Origin: Sphagnum compactum
Taxonomy: Eukaryota
DNA: 64,000 nucleotides
Assembly (NCBI GenBank): GCA_965153455.1
Contig: OZ234494.1
Coordinates: 11,718,001-11,782,000 of the forward strand
Reading direction: 5' to 3'
The position numbers and the translations under genes are program-made. The notes beneath the pieces were generated by a model. The model saw nothing but the letters and a program-made list of their open reading frames with translations. It had not been told where the DNA came from and ran no database searches. Positions within the stretch are counted from its first letter, which is position 1. Every line of letters starts with the position of its first letter. Positions 26,781 to 40,700 of this stretch are shown one piece after another.

Positions 26781-27522
26781 CCTATTGGTCCTTGCTAGAT
26801 AAGTGACATCCCATGCATCCATGCCCTTGCAAAGTTTTTACAATTCCTCAACCAACGGAACCAAATATGTATCAATGTTGTGGCTTTTCATGACCTCTTT
26901 TCCTAGAATCAATAGAGCAAACATTATTTTAAAAAATGGCTATAAGCCATGGAAGTAGGTTATAATTAAGAATGATAACTAGCCAAATAGACCAAGTGGT
27001 TGATCAGTTGCCAAATGGGTTGATCCCATCCAACATAAACCCAAGCCACAAGTTTTGAAGGTCTGCTATAAATTTTAGCCATGTACAATTGATGTGAACC
27101 CGTGCCTTGGAATCAATTACATGCCAAACCAATCCATCATGATATTTGTTGCCATGGTGCCACTTTTACAACTGTAAAAAATTTGGAACCTTAAACATCC
27201 TTTTCAATCCAAGGATCAATGGGAAGTGCCTCAACACCTTTTTTGGCACCTTATTATTCCTAGCTACATATGAGGATTGACCACAAACAAGGCATTTTTT
27301 TGTTGCACTATATCAAGGTTGTGAAACAAGACACATCCTTGGTCACATGCATGGATTGCATTATATGGACTTAGATTTTGAATTAGATTTTTAACCTCAT
27401 AATGTGACCTAGGGAGGTGTTAGGTTTTGATAATATGAAATTTTGTAAAAAGGACAATAGTTCATCAACAAACCCATTTGTGACTCTATTTGTAACACAT
27501 GTATTCAACAACATTAAATGTG

Positions 27523-28674
27523 CACTAGAAGAAAAATGACAATTTGCAATTGGTCCTTGCAACTATTTTTTAATCGCAAGTGACATTTATGACTAAAATC
27601 CCATTGGTAGTGTTGAACAAGTCACATATGACATTAGTCAAAATGACGATGAACTTTGGATGAAAGAAAAAATCAATGAAATACACCTTCATCCTTTGAT
27701 TGGTCGAATACATATCTATTTTGGTGGACAATGAAAACAAATGATGTATTGTCACTTGTCCTATATTTTAATTATTTAAAATATTAAAAATAAAATTCTG
27801 AAATAATCTAAAATGTTCAAGTTAAATGTTTGGATGGCTTTTAATCATGACATGTGGCACAATCAAAATGTGCCACATGGCATATTAATTTAAAATTTCC
27901 AAAATCAATTTAAGTAGGTAGATATGTAAATAGGTTGAACTAGGTAGGTAGGTAGGATGTATCTATTTATTTACTTAGGTTAAACTCCTATCTACCTACT
28001 TAAGCTAGATATTTACTACTAATAAAAATAAATTATAGATATAATACCTAATATTAAAATTTGAAATTGCATATGATAATTGATTAATTTCCTTATTAAC
28101 TATTGCAATAATTATATAAAATTAATTATTTCTGCACATAAAATATTTTTAAAAAAATAATACTGAAAATGGCTGTAAAATTAAAATTTTATTACTTTAA
28201 ATCTATCAACACTTAGTATAAGATTTAAATTGTGTTAGTCAATATTATCTATAAATAATGAATTATTGATAAAAAAATATGTAAAAAATATAACCATTAG
28301 ACATAAACCATCGTATACATATTTACATCCTAGTATCCACCCATATATTAATGAGTACCTTTAATACAACACTATAAACCCATACACCTTTGAATACACA
28401 TTATACACTTTGAATACATATAGGGTTGCAACTCATTTGATCACATTTGGGTTTATTGGGACATAGGTGGGTTTTCTTAGATGAAATCCATGTTAAAAAG
28501 TGTTCGAATGGAAGAATGAAAAAAACATTAATCGTAAGTAAGTTGTAGTGTGATTGTAAGCATGACCAAATGCAAAAAATAGTTGTAGAAATAACCAATG
28601 ATAGTTGTAAATTCAACAAATAATTGTAGTAATCGCAAATTGATTGGTTGCAAAAACCTAGTTTTCTTCTAGTG
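27523..28674. mobile_element. Non-autonomous CACTA derivative nested in the transposase
   Basis: Perfect 13-bp TIR CACTAGAAGAAAA / TTTTCTTCTAGTG; 3-bp TSD GTG (27520-27522 and 28675-28677). Confidence 0.92.
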
Positions 28675-31299
28675 GTGGGTATCAATTTAGAAAGGTCATT
28701 CCCTTCATACAATGACACTTTGGATTTTGCCACTAACTTTAAGAAGTGAAGGTCATACACTCCACTTGTAGTTTCTACCTCACCCCATTTTAGTTGTTGT
28801 CAAGCTTTACTTTAGTCATCAAATTAGAAGGATATTCACTAGCTAGGTTCCAAGTTTTCCTCATGGATTCATTTGTCCCTACATCACATGTTTGCCAAGT
28901 TTGATGGAGGGCCCTTGCCATTTGATCTCCCAAGTCAATGTCAACATTATTGACCCCAATGTTGCTAGCAAGGTGGATTGTAACAACACCTTCTCCCCAT
29001 CAACCTAGCTTTTCAAATGAATTAGATGGTGCATCTTGTAGAAAGTAAACAAATAGCAAATCTTATATGAATTATAACATTTAGGAATTATCAAATGTCG
29101 TTGTTTAGATCTAGTCCAAGTTGTTCTAGGAAGCTTGAGGCCCCTAACATGGTTATTGCTATTCTATTGCCTTGGTTTTGAGTTGTAGTCCTAAACCTTA
29201 AACACTAAACCATAAATCAACATACAATAATTTAAATAATTTTATCCCTAATGAATTTGGCCCCATTGTTAGCAAACAAGGAAAACAAAAACTACCCATA
29301 CAAGTTTGTGATCATGTGGAGAAAAAGGCACCATAAGGTATAAGTTCCAAGCCCCTACCATTTCTAGAGGGTGGGGTCATCAATGTGGGCTTTGGGTGTT
29401 GGTTTTGGGTTAAACTTTGCACCTTTGTGTGAAAGAGATGCACATAGACACCCGGAGTGATTTAGGTTACCCCAAACCTTCAACCTTTCAAGTTCCAACA
29501 TAAACCTAACTATTTCCAAGTCTTTGCGATCCATGGTAAAATTGTATTATATAATTATGTCAATTTGTGAAATGTGACATTTTTTCCCAAATCATTTCTT
29601 GAACATTCATATGTATATTAATATGAAAAAAAATTAGATACAAAATCATTGATAACATTTGCCACAAAATACCCATGAGCAAGCCATGGGCATTTTGTGA
29701 TAGCCATTTCACAACAAGTTTACATTGTAAAAACATTCATTCAATTCTATAATACATTACACATCCTATTGGAGCATTTGTCTTGTAAATTAGAGGCCCC
29801 CCTATGAAAGCATACTACAATGGTACATTTTGGACAATGTGCCATTTTTTTAGTACATTTTGTATTATTTTGAGGGTAGTTTTTCTTTCATTTCATTTAG
29901 TATTTTGAAAAATGCATAAAATGAATTTTAAACACAAGACCTCCAACACAATTTTTGTTACCTTTCAAATGAGTGTGATTTTAAAACCTTGTCCATATAT
30001 TTTTTGTAAAATCACATGAGTGAAACCTTTAATAAAGAATTCAAAAGATATAATCAATTTTTATTGAATATATTACTACATATTTCATCAAGTTTGGCAA
30101 TCGTTTGAATGGTGTTTGGAGTTCATTTGCATTTGCAATATATTGGTATGATTACAATTTTTCATTAATATATTTTAATAATTTAATATTAATTTCAAAA
30201 TGATTATTTAAATTTACAATCTTATTCTTTAGGTTTTGAATGCCTTATTTGAAGTACAATTGGTAAAAGACCCTTTCAATATTAACTTGGTGGAAGTTCA
30301 AATACACACAATTTTATAAAAAAATATTTCTGACAATAATTTTTGACCATTGTAATGTGCTTTCACCCCCCTAATGTTTTTTCTATTTATATAAGATAGT
30401 CAAATGGAGTCAATATAGTCATCTAGTCATTTGGACAAAACAATTATTAATCATATAGTCATAATCATGATTGTAGTCATAAAATGGGCATAGTCACAAG
30501 GTAAATACGACTTTGTGATTGAGTTTGGACACTAGTCATAAATTTTCCAAGTCATGGATGCCACATTTTGACGTAGTGATACAACATTCATACAAACAAA
30601 GGGTAATTGAGGGGAAGTAATTTCATGACTCTCAACTTGAATTTCCACTTTTTATTAGGAGTGTTGAATGTTTGAAATACAATTCAATAATCAAATCTCC
30701 ATCAAATTGAATATTTTTGGGTTATTGGAAAGAGTTTAAAGAACATGTTAAGAAAGGGCCCTTGTAAAAAATCAAAGTTTTTTTCTAATCCTAGATATCA
30801 TTTGAAAATTTAGGGCAAAAATATCTCATTATGTTTTATGGATGCAAAGCGTATGGTTTGGAAGGCAAGTGAAGTTTGTTTGAGGACCTTGACACAACAT
30901 TGAAAAGCTCTTCACGAGCGTTATAAGGAAATTGTCTTTTAAATCTATTTTATTCATGTTTTTAAAAAGTTGTTTGAGGCTTCAAAGTTGTATAACAAAG
31001 TGTCCAATTTTGGAACTTGGAATTTAAAAAGTTTGAGAATTTGTCATTTCAATTGATGTAATCTTCATACAAACCTTAGAAACAGAATGTATTATAAGGA
31101 AAGGAATGCATCCTTCAATGGGTTCATGTTGTGTTGAGTTTGTGAACAACACAAGAACCTTGAATTTAATTTGGGCTTTAATTGCACCAAATTCCCCAAT
31201 CATTTATTCGTGCCCATGAAGGGGTTTAGAATTATCCTGTAATAAGTGTTATGTTGTTTATGTATCTTGGAATTAATGCTACTTGGACCAAATCATGAA

Positions 31300-32600
31300 A
31301 AACTAGGAGCATTGACAAGTTTCCACTACATGTTCATAAAAAAAATATCATCAATTCAATTCAGCAAGTCCACGGTTGACATTGACATTTTGATAAATTC
31401 CAAAATAATTTATTTAAAAATGTAATATATTTGAAAATTCATAATAATTTACCATAAATGAGTGAAGATTAATTGCCTCATTGACCAATCTAAAAATGCC
31501 TTAAAGTTGTGCAACATTGTTGCTTTTAACACAAACTCATTTGAAGGTTAAAGGTTTGAAAATCCAACAGAATAAGTTTGCATACCCTAGTGTGTTTCAT
31601 TTTTTTAACACATAGAATCAAGGTTGAACACAATGGACAAATGCATGGGAGAAATGTTCTGAGCATCAAGTAATACCTAGTATTAAGGATAAATAATGCC
31701 AATAACATCCACAAGAGATCAAGGAATGGCATGGTTTTATCCTATGTTGAAAACCTTTTGCAATATCTATACATGTATTGTGCTTTTGACCTACAAAGAA
31801 CTAAAAATCACTTTTAGAAATCAAGATGAATGTCCTACTTTTACACCTTTTGTATTTAAGCAATATTGACGATTACAAAAATAATAACCCAAGTGTTCAT
31901 CCCCTATTGCTTGTTTTGTCAAGCACATCAATTGTGTCACATTCAAGGTTTGGTCATAAACCTTGTTTAATGACATGAAATTGAGCTATTGGCTAATTCT
32001 TGAGCTATTGGCATTTGAAGGCAAGACATTGAACAATGAACATTGAAGACAGATTCAAACTTTGAAAATTCCAAAGTCCAAAGAAACATTGAGCAATATT
32101 TTCAAGGTTGGATCTTCAACTTCTTAGCTTTGCATTTGCAGGTCAACCTTCAATGAATCGTGTCTATACTAGGTAACACTATAATGTTTAAAAATTAACT
32201 TGGAGACTCAAAAGGAAAACATGACAAGTTGGCCCATTGAGGTTGTGACTCATGATCCGCATATTGGGAATGCTCTCACCTTGGGGCTTTACCCTACACA
32301 TAAGTATCCACAAAAGAAGGTACATGAAAATTTCTTCATTTTGACAAAGGACACTTCTATGGATTCAAAGCTCAAGAGTTGTAATAGGAAAGAGCTTATG
32401 TTTGCTTTTATGACATGGGTGGTTGTGCAGTTGTGCACATGTTTGTGTGGAGGACATTGATTTTGTTGCACACCCTCTGAATTTCCAAACAAATAGCTTC
32501 ATTAGTTGTGCATCATTGCCTCGGAGGTAATTGGCACCTTTGGCACACAAATCCACACTAATCTGCAAGGAAATTGGGGGAGCCCACAAGTGTGCCATTG
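31300..32600 (-). pseudogene. Decayed hAT-like transposase relic
   Basis: Minus strand ~31630-31715 reads DVIGIIYP*Y*VLLDAQNISPMHLSIV, resembling a DAxGIIYPQYW segment I associate with bryophyte hAT transposases. Heavily broken; boundaries approximate. Confidence 0.45.
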
Positions 32601-32645
32601 ATTGTTGTGTACCACAGCTGCTTGGATGATTGATTTGTGTTTTGC

Positions 32646-32646
<1 letters not shown>

Positions 32647-32677
<31 letters not shown>
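32647..32677. repeat. (AG)n microsatellite
   Basis: Direct dinucleotide tract. Similar (TG)n tracts at ~11952-11978 and ~43653-43677, and a poly-G run at ~25183-25205. Confidence 0.9.
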
Positions 32678-32680
<3 letters not shown>

Positions 32681-34701
32681 TTATGTTCCTATGCTTGCAG
32701 TTTTCACACTCGTCTCTTCTTTTTTGCAAAAGGAAATTGTGCATATAGTATATATCCATTCTTTATTTTGTTGTCGTTTTGAACAATATGTACCATACAA
32801 GTGCACAAAACAAAAGGCTTTGTACTTTGTTGCTACTTTGCAAACAAGAACATCCACACCCTATGTTTTATGTTTCTGCCAATGCATGGTACTCTGTACT
32901 TTTGGTATGGTTGGAAATCTGTGAGGAATGTGCTTATGTGAATCCAAGCTGCATTTCTAGCACTTCAATCACTGGCTTGACCTTGCTCTGGTAGATTGAC
33001 CTACAAGCTTTGCGTGAAAGAGGAATATAGGTGAGGAATATCAGATTTCACATTCTACTTTTCAATCCTCTCCATCATTACAGGGATACCAACATTATTC
33101 AATACAAGGTTAACATCTGGAGGCATAGTCACCATGGTTTTTGTGGATGGATGGCTCATCACATACTTCTTCAAACAATGTTTATGGGTCTGTCAATGGC
33201 AAAGATTTGTTCTGCATTCCCAACTTTCCAGCAGTCTTTAATTTTGGAATTTCAATTAGCAGGTCCAATGTGGGGACACCCTTTGCATCATGTCATAAAT
33301 ATTTTCTATCTGAATTCTTGTGACATTTTGCAACAGTCCTCTCTTTCACAACCTGGGTCTTTTCATCTGTTAATTCAGTTAATTTAATTGACTGAACACA
33401 TCTTTAATCCCATCTCTACTTTGTGTCTAATCAACCTGGAGTTCATTGTACAAATAGCTAGAGATGGGGTTGAGGTCCACCTCTAGATCATCAGTCTGTC
33501 AACTGTAATCTTTACACTTGAAACTGACAAATATCTAACAGTGCAAATGGATTGTAAAGTTCATTATATCCTTGGTGATTTGGGTGTGGTGATGATGCTG
33601 TGAACAGCAGTGTTTTTATATTGATTACTTTGATCCCAACAATTGCAATCCAATGGCAGACTGCATCATTTGTATTCACATCATTTGGCATCGGCCATGT
33701 TAGTGGGAATCTCCAGCAGCCCCTATATCTTCCTGCTTGGTCTTTTCATCAGCCAAATACAATTTCTCAGGCTACCATGCTTCTGTTCACATGGTGAGAT
33801 ACCACAAGCACTAAACTATTGTAAAAGTATGTAAGAATCAAACCAAGAAAATGAAGAATCCCATAAAGAGGTAGACTTTTTCAAACTCTTTGAATGCCAG
33901 CTTTCAACATTGATGATGACTCGAGGTTTCAGTAGATCATGGTTTCTCCATGCTTTAGAAACAGTTTCTGCTGGCTATGTAATATTTTTGCAGACTGAAG
34001 AAATAAAAAACCTCAGACAAGAAATGAGGGTTGCTCATCACATCATGTATCCAGTGAACAAATCATCATTGAACTACACCCCAGTGGCAGTTGGAGGAGT
34101 CTAGTGCTGGCTCTCCTCTATTGCGTACTTAGTGCCCAAAGATGTTCAAAGGGCCACAAATCAATTTGGAGTATTCAGTTTGTGATGCAAAAGCATCTGA
34201 ATAGAGCTCTTTTCCATGACTGCAGGTGCATGGGAAGCACTACTTGGAAAGCAATATTGATGCTCTGAAATCAATCTCATGGTTTATACCCTACAGTTTG
34301 AAGCACAATATGCAATAAAAGCACAGAAAGTACTGGAAACTGGAGAATCATCAATGCCGCCAAAGAATTGGTTTTTGACTTAATAGTCTTCCATACACTG
34401 CATGTCAAGAGAGAAACTTTTGTCTGTGGCTCCCAAAATTTCTACCTACTTGCAGTCTGAATTGTAGATTTAGCAAACCCATATGTTCAATATCAGAGAC
34501 CTAGGAGCTTTTAACACTCCCATGTTCACAAATTTGAGTCAAGTTGCAAGAACAACAGTGTTAATTTTTTCTTATGAAAGAATTTCTTGTCCTTGTCTTC
34601 ACCTTCAACTATAATGAATGCAATTGCAACGAGCAAATTCCTCTGAGGATGATTTCTGGCTCTTGAACTTATGAATTCTGTTTGTTGCCTTTGTCCATCA
34701 A

Positions 34702-37700
34702 TTATGGAAAGTATGGTTTGGATTCTGGAAACTTATCTTTGAACCTCTCAATAAGCTCTTTGGGCAGTGGTTGTTCGCTAAGCAGTCTTTTGCCATGGAC
34801 CTTCAGATGCTGTAGCACTTGTGCCTCGTGGTCCACCAGTGCCAACACACCTATTGAATAAACAAATGTGAGATCAGAAACTGTACTACAACATAGAGGT
34901 AAATGAAAAGAAGCAAGTCTCAATTGCCATGAGTCCTGTTGTTGAGCCTGGGGCTCTCTTCTGGGGTGTCATTTGGCACAATCTCTATAACCTAGTCCAC
35001 CCTGCGACTAAAGCTTTAAGGGCAGTGATTACATTCCATGTGATCTGAAAGGGTTCTGGCATAAGGTTGTACACAAGAGACAGAATAGTTTTTACATACC
35101 AAGTTCAACTTCATGGCCGTCCTCATCCTGACCATTTTTGGCCTCTTCAGTTGCATCCTTCTGTAGCTCATGAGCTGTCTTAGCATACTGCTCCAAGAAT
35201 TCCTCGTCTGACTCATCATCTGAGTCCTCAGATTCGGAAGCCTATGACACCCAGGCAAGCTTTCAGCCAAGCAAGAAAGGCCAAAGCCATAGACAGAAAA
35301 TTCAAAGAAATTCTCTACATGCTGCATTGATTCCAGTACAGAGATTCCCAATATTCACCTCATTGCTATCATCCTCTTCTTCATTGTCATTATATTTGTC
35401 ATCCCCATCCTCTGAGTCAGAGCCAGGGTGGCTCTCATTGGTTTCAGAGGACTCCAAAAGCTCCTTCAGGTCGATAGTTACCTCAAGGAGTGAGCACAAA
35501 CAATGATGAGCAGTCTTGCATGCCTGGTGACCTTGCAGCATATCATACTGAATCATGTGATCCAGAACCTTCTGCAATCCCATGGCTGTCTTCCCACCCT
35601 CCATCTCCATGTCAAGCTTCACACTTCACCAAATGTCAGCATCCAAAAACTGCAGTTGTTTCTCAAATCTGAGCAAACAGATTGAATCAACATGATCTCA
35701 TGTGCCCTCTTTCCTGTAGGTGAGAAGTGTAGTTAACATCATCTTGTGAAACCAGATCCACATGAGCATGAAGGGAAGCAACATGTACCAGCCAGTTTCA
35801 TCTCTGACTCCAAGGAAAGGCCTGGCTCCAACTTACTTCCAGCTAACCCTGCTAGAGCTTCAGCCCACATGAGCAAACCATGGCTTGTACTGTCATCATT
35901 GACTGCCCCAGCATCCTCTCCAGCTGACAAAATATTCTCTACTGTGTCTGGAAGCATGATAAAGCACATGGATATAACAAGAATGAGGGGTTTTGCCAAA
36001 GGGACAACGACACTTGAAAGCTGCTGGAGGCGTTTTGTAGCAACTTTACTAAAGCGAGGGACTAAAACCTTGGATATTTCCTCTCCCTCAAAAGACATTG
36101 ATGACACATGCAACAGGGCATGGCTGCAACGGCAAGCTCGCCAGCATGCTGATGGGTATGTGGAGTCCATAGCTGTGGTTGCAAAGATAGATAGGCAATC
36201 AAGAATTGAGTGTGGTGAAACTGCAGCATCAACCTGTGTGAAATGCAGCATTGGGTGTCGTCCCTGCATATTCATGCACACATAAGATTTCATCAACATG
36301 CTGTTTCTGGGGAAAAGGCCAAAGAAGCATTGGTCAGAATGTTGAAGCACCAATCATCTCTAAACTTGAGAAGAGAATTTTGATACAAACCTGCAAAGCT
36401 ATGGCTTCCTGAATGGCATCAAAAACAAACTCATCCTCCTCATCTGCCCACACAGTCCAATTTGCCACCAAGTTTGCCCAAACAAGCAGGAGCAGTTCTA
36501 CTGACATATTAACAGTTACATCTGCATCTGGTGTGCACCTAAGTATTGTGGCTAACAACACTGATGCATTGCTCAAGCATGAGCTCAGTGGTGTTGCATG
36601 TGATTTTGGAGTCCCCTCCTGCATCATAAAGCACAAAGCATTATCAACAGGCCAATCATGCCTCATTGATTTAAGAAGTACCAGTGTACCCTTGCAGGAG
36701 GGATTTGATTGAGAAGCTTTTGACCTGGGGTGGTGTAAGCCAGGCCTGCTGCAAGAGACGAGAGAATGTGCTGGCCATGGTGCTGCTGCCAGCTTTCCAG
36801 GCAGCCAGAGCCTTGCCATCATCCTCATCCTCATCTGGCTCTGCACTATCCCATGTCTGAGCGAGTGAGGCCAGAGCAGCAAATCCAAGCTCAACCATCT
36901 ACATACACGATAAGACCAATCAGAACTCTGTTGTGCATTAAGAAAATCATGAATGAGATGAAAACCATGATTAACTAACAAAGCTGATGGAGAAGATGCA
37001 AAGAAAGTTTGTTACCTTGAATCCATGTTCAGGTCAAATCTTGGATCATCTTGATCCAGTGTCACAACAGTTATTTGAAGAGATGTATTTGGTGATCCGG
37101 TGACAAATATACCTGGGGCCATGGTTGTGGATGAGGGGGAAAATGGTGGGAAAGTTCTCTTTGAATCTCTGCAGAAATGGCAGGGACATAGGGTGCTACA
37201 TCTTCTTCCCCAGACTCTGCCACTGCTGCCAAAAGATGCAATGAGACACATGCTTCCTTGTCTGGCATGCATGCTCCTGCTACAGCAGCTTGAAGGAGTG
37301 GCAACCACTTTGTGGGTTTGTAATCTTCCTGTAAAGAGCGAACTCATCAAAGATTTAGCTGGGGAGTTCTGGGATCCAGTGCCACATGACCCATCAAGAA
37401 GCAACTCTGTAATACATAAGGCAGGCTTGAATTCACCACTTGAAATTTGTAACTTTGCATGTTTCAGATGATGTTATGTTATTAGTTTCTGATAAGTTCA
37501 AAACCAGTGATGATAATTTCAAAACCAGCAGGAGTGAGGCCATGATAATGAAGTATAGAACCTGAAGGAGCAAAGAGAGGGCGCCTGCTGCAGAGGCTCG
37601 AACAGGTTGCCATGATATTCCACTGGCATCAGGTGCTAGCAATGCCTTTGTGAGGCTGTTAAAGATGTCATCACTCAAGTCCTGCTTCAGCAAGAGGAGA

Positions 37701-40700
37701 ACCTAAATGATTAGACCTGCATAGGTAGCCTCCTCAACAGACATGAAACAGCTCTACACTTTGCAAACTTCTACACCTCAGTTCTAAACCCAAGGATACT
37801 GACGAAGTGGCTCTTCAGCTCCAGCCAGACATGACTGCAGGTTTTGACTGTACTTGCAGTAAAGGCCACTTACATGACAACCATTTCAGTGGATGTCTTG
37901 ACCATCTATTCAGGAAGATGGGAGACCTTTGATTCCCCATCAGGTGCAAGAACTGGAGAAGATGAAGGTGCTAGCAGTAGTCCAACCTCCATTAATGTGA
38001 TCTGAGAACCAAGTTTCTACTGATAAACCCATGATGCTGGACCTTGGATGTGACAAAATGTGACTCAGGAGTGGTGTTGTACCTCAGGTAGACAAGTAGC
38101 AAGCTCTCCGAGCAGCCAATTTGCATTGGCCAGCACATATGGGTTGGGTGACAACATTGAATACAAAGGAAACACACAAGTCTGCAGCATAACCGTGACC
38201 ATTTCATCCTCTTGAGAATCAAAAAACTGCATCTTGCAACAAAATTAGTTTAAAATATATTCTTTGTCACCACCGACCTGCAGTTTTAAACAGGAAGAGA
38301 AATAAAAGGGACAGACTATCCACAACCAGCTCAGAGAGAGCTTACAAATCATAGAGAGCACTCACTTTTTGATAAACCAAAGGACTAAGGCACAATGAAG
38401 AACATCCCAAGCCACATGGTCGAGTGATGATGCTGTGACTAATTTAATTTCTCACAAAAATGCTTCTGTCAAACATGAGCTCTTCCTCAGTGCAATATAA
38501 AGACTGCAAGATTGAATGCTTAAAGCCTAGAGTTTGGACCTGTTGAATACTGGCATAGGCCATTATCACACCATAGTAACTGCATGCCACCGAAACAAAC
38601 CCCCACACAAGATCCAAGTAAGGGACCACTAGAGCAAATTCAACTGACACCTGTGACTGACTCGTGATCATAAAAAAATCCCCATTCTCTATGCATACAA
38701 AGTGCCAATAGGCCTTTCAGCTAAGTCCAGTAGGCTTTGCTAGTCCAACTGCATGCATGATAATACTAAACCCTGAAACCCTTAGGACTAAGAAATTCAT
38801 TCCACAGTTCCAACATGGTTGATGGGATTGATTTAGAGGATATCTATGCAGTAGATATGCACAAAGCTGCAGAATCTTATGTGGGATGATACACATACTT
38901 GATAACCAGTTCTGATATTGGTGGACTTCCATCTGGAGGAAGTGGGAATTGTGACAAGAAGGGCATCACCAAAATGTCGCCTGCCGTCTCCTGGTCATCT
39001 TTGTTCTTTCTTTTTGCTTCCTTCTTTTGTTGCTGTGGGTCAACATTTTTCACTGCAACAGCAGTTGGAGGTCCCTGTAAGTACCACCATTGCACTCCTA
39101 TTAGTCAATCCAGTATCAACTGGTTCACAGATCAGAAAGTCAAAGGATGTAACCCAACACAATTGAATTACTTGTCCATGGAATGAAGGGTATGTTTAAG
39201 TGCTCAAAATCCCATGAGAAGACGAACACATAGGCTGAAATCCTGGGCAGCAGCAAGAGATGGACAAGTCATGTTTGATGTAAAATGGATGAACCCATCA
39301 AGTGACAGAGACAGAACCTTGGCCATTGCAATTAGACCCAACAAGTTTAATGCACTTCGTCGGGGAGTGAGAATCTCTTTTCCGCCACTTCCTTCATTCT
39401 GCACCACAGAAACACCTTTTGAGCATCAGGGCAAAGCCTCAGAACATGAAACGCAAAGAGAATGATCATATCTACTTGACAGTTCAGAGTGCCAATGGAC
39501 CAATAATAACAGTAGCAGAAATCCTATGACACCTAAAACCAGTTAGAAATAGCCAAAAATCCCTGAAATGCATGGCCTTTGTGATGTAGGTGATGAAAAA
39601 CCTTTGCTCCTCATATTTAAAGACTTCAGCTAAAGCTAAGCTAGTCATACATAGGATCTGCTGAGCAGCAAGGCAAAGAGAACCACTGATATTCCCAGCA
39701 CTTGGGTTATAAAAAGGAATAAAAGCCGTTAGCACCCTTAGGATTGTCATGTAAGACAAAGGTGACATCTATGGCATTGACTGAAACATAGGCCAGACAG
39801 ACAGAAGATCCTGTCATCAAGCAGCACCCAAGGTTCTCCAAAATATACAGGTGGAATATCTGTTGTAGGATTGGCAAGCCACTAAGTGACTTCAACTTCT
39901 AAATCTCCTTATGAAACTCAAAACACGATGATGTTTACTTGAAGCACATCTGTAGGCAGATTTTTCTGCAAATATTCATCCCCATCTTCTTCCCATTCCA
40001 CGATATCCTGCACCCACACCAACAATAGTTCCAGTTTCTTTACCTTGGCCAAACCCTGTCATCATCATCCACACCTATATGTTCTTGCTCCTCACAACTA
40101 ACAGATCCTTTTAAACAAGCTACAGCAAGAAAAGTGCTGTGAGTAGAGCCAGTTGAACTCCTATGCAATATTGATGTGCAAGGGCAGAACAAACCCAATC
40201 ACCTCCTAAATCAGCTAAATTCAATTCTCAGGTTAAAGGAATCATCCCTCTTACTTGCATATTGTACTTTCTGGGGCTGCAATAAAATTCAAATAATCAG
40301 GAGTTCACAAAAAAATGCTTACCATCTCTCTCATTATGAGAGTGGGGAAGATTGCCTTCTCTAACAAGTCTGAAAAATGAGGTGCCAGGAGCTGCCATCC
40401 CTGTCATTGCAGACCAACCCATTTGGTGTTTGAAGGAAATCATTGTACCCACTCTCACTCATCATGGATCCATTTTCCACAATTTGATTGAGTCTTCATC
40501 ACATGCTTCTGAAACTAGCAACTAGCAGCTTTTTGGGCACTCTGATCAAACTATGAGTCTCAATCTGAAAGAAAAATTGCAACACCAAATCTCCAAATTT
40601 TCACAGGTTGGTAGTAGGTGATCTACATCTGTTCTACTGGCAACCAATCTTCTGCCACATTGTGGCAAATTCTTTAGTATGGATATATGACCTCTCCTGT

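Larger units (their letters stand above)
22100..29040 (-). pseudogene. CACTA TnpD-like transposase pseudogene (Transposase_21 / DUF4218-type regions), interrupted twice
   Basis: Minus-strand motifs in order: SLYEG..SKL (~28700), KVPKKVLRHFPLI..LKRMF (~27200-27255), GINPF (~27015-27030), NIDTYLVPLVEEL..DAWDV (~26805-26880), FHVILMWCAHDLPTY..KGYNGCLVCG (24715-24813), AMKSHDYH (~23990-24012). The lower boundary is approximate. Confidence 0.88.
21560..30578 (-). mobile_element. Old CACTA/EnSpm element (outer), with two nested insertions
   Basis: Right end TTTTGACGTAGTG (reverse complement CACTACGTCAAAATGTGGC) with TAGTCA subterminal repeats at 30395-30555. Putative decayed left end CATTGCAAGAAATCGTGGC at 21560, followed by TGAC(T/A)A repeats. 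Contains a transposase pseudogene. No matching TSD, so the left boundary is tentative. Confidence 0.6.

Noticed and set aside
30600-31250. Possible decayed solo LTR
   Set aside because: Only a vague resemblance to moss LTR repeats; no TG..CA ends or TSD could be defined.
33905-34000. TGATGA..CTGA pair resembling a C/D snoRNA
   Set aside because: No terminal stem or recognisable rRNA guide; such short boxes are frequent by chance.
35746-36285. 179-aa plus-strand ORF
   Set aside because: Shadow of a long importin exon on the opposite strand.
37788-37802. GTATCCTT on the minus strand, resembling a U12 donor
   Set aside because: It lies inside an intron whose flanking exons already join by ordinary GT-AG sites.
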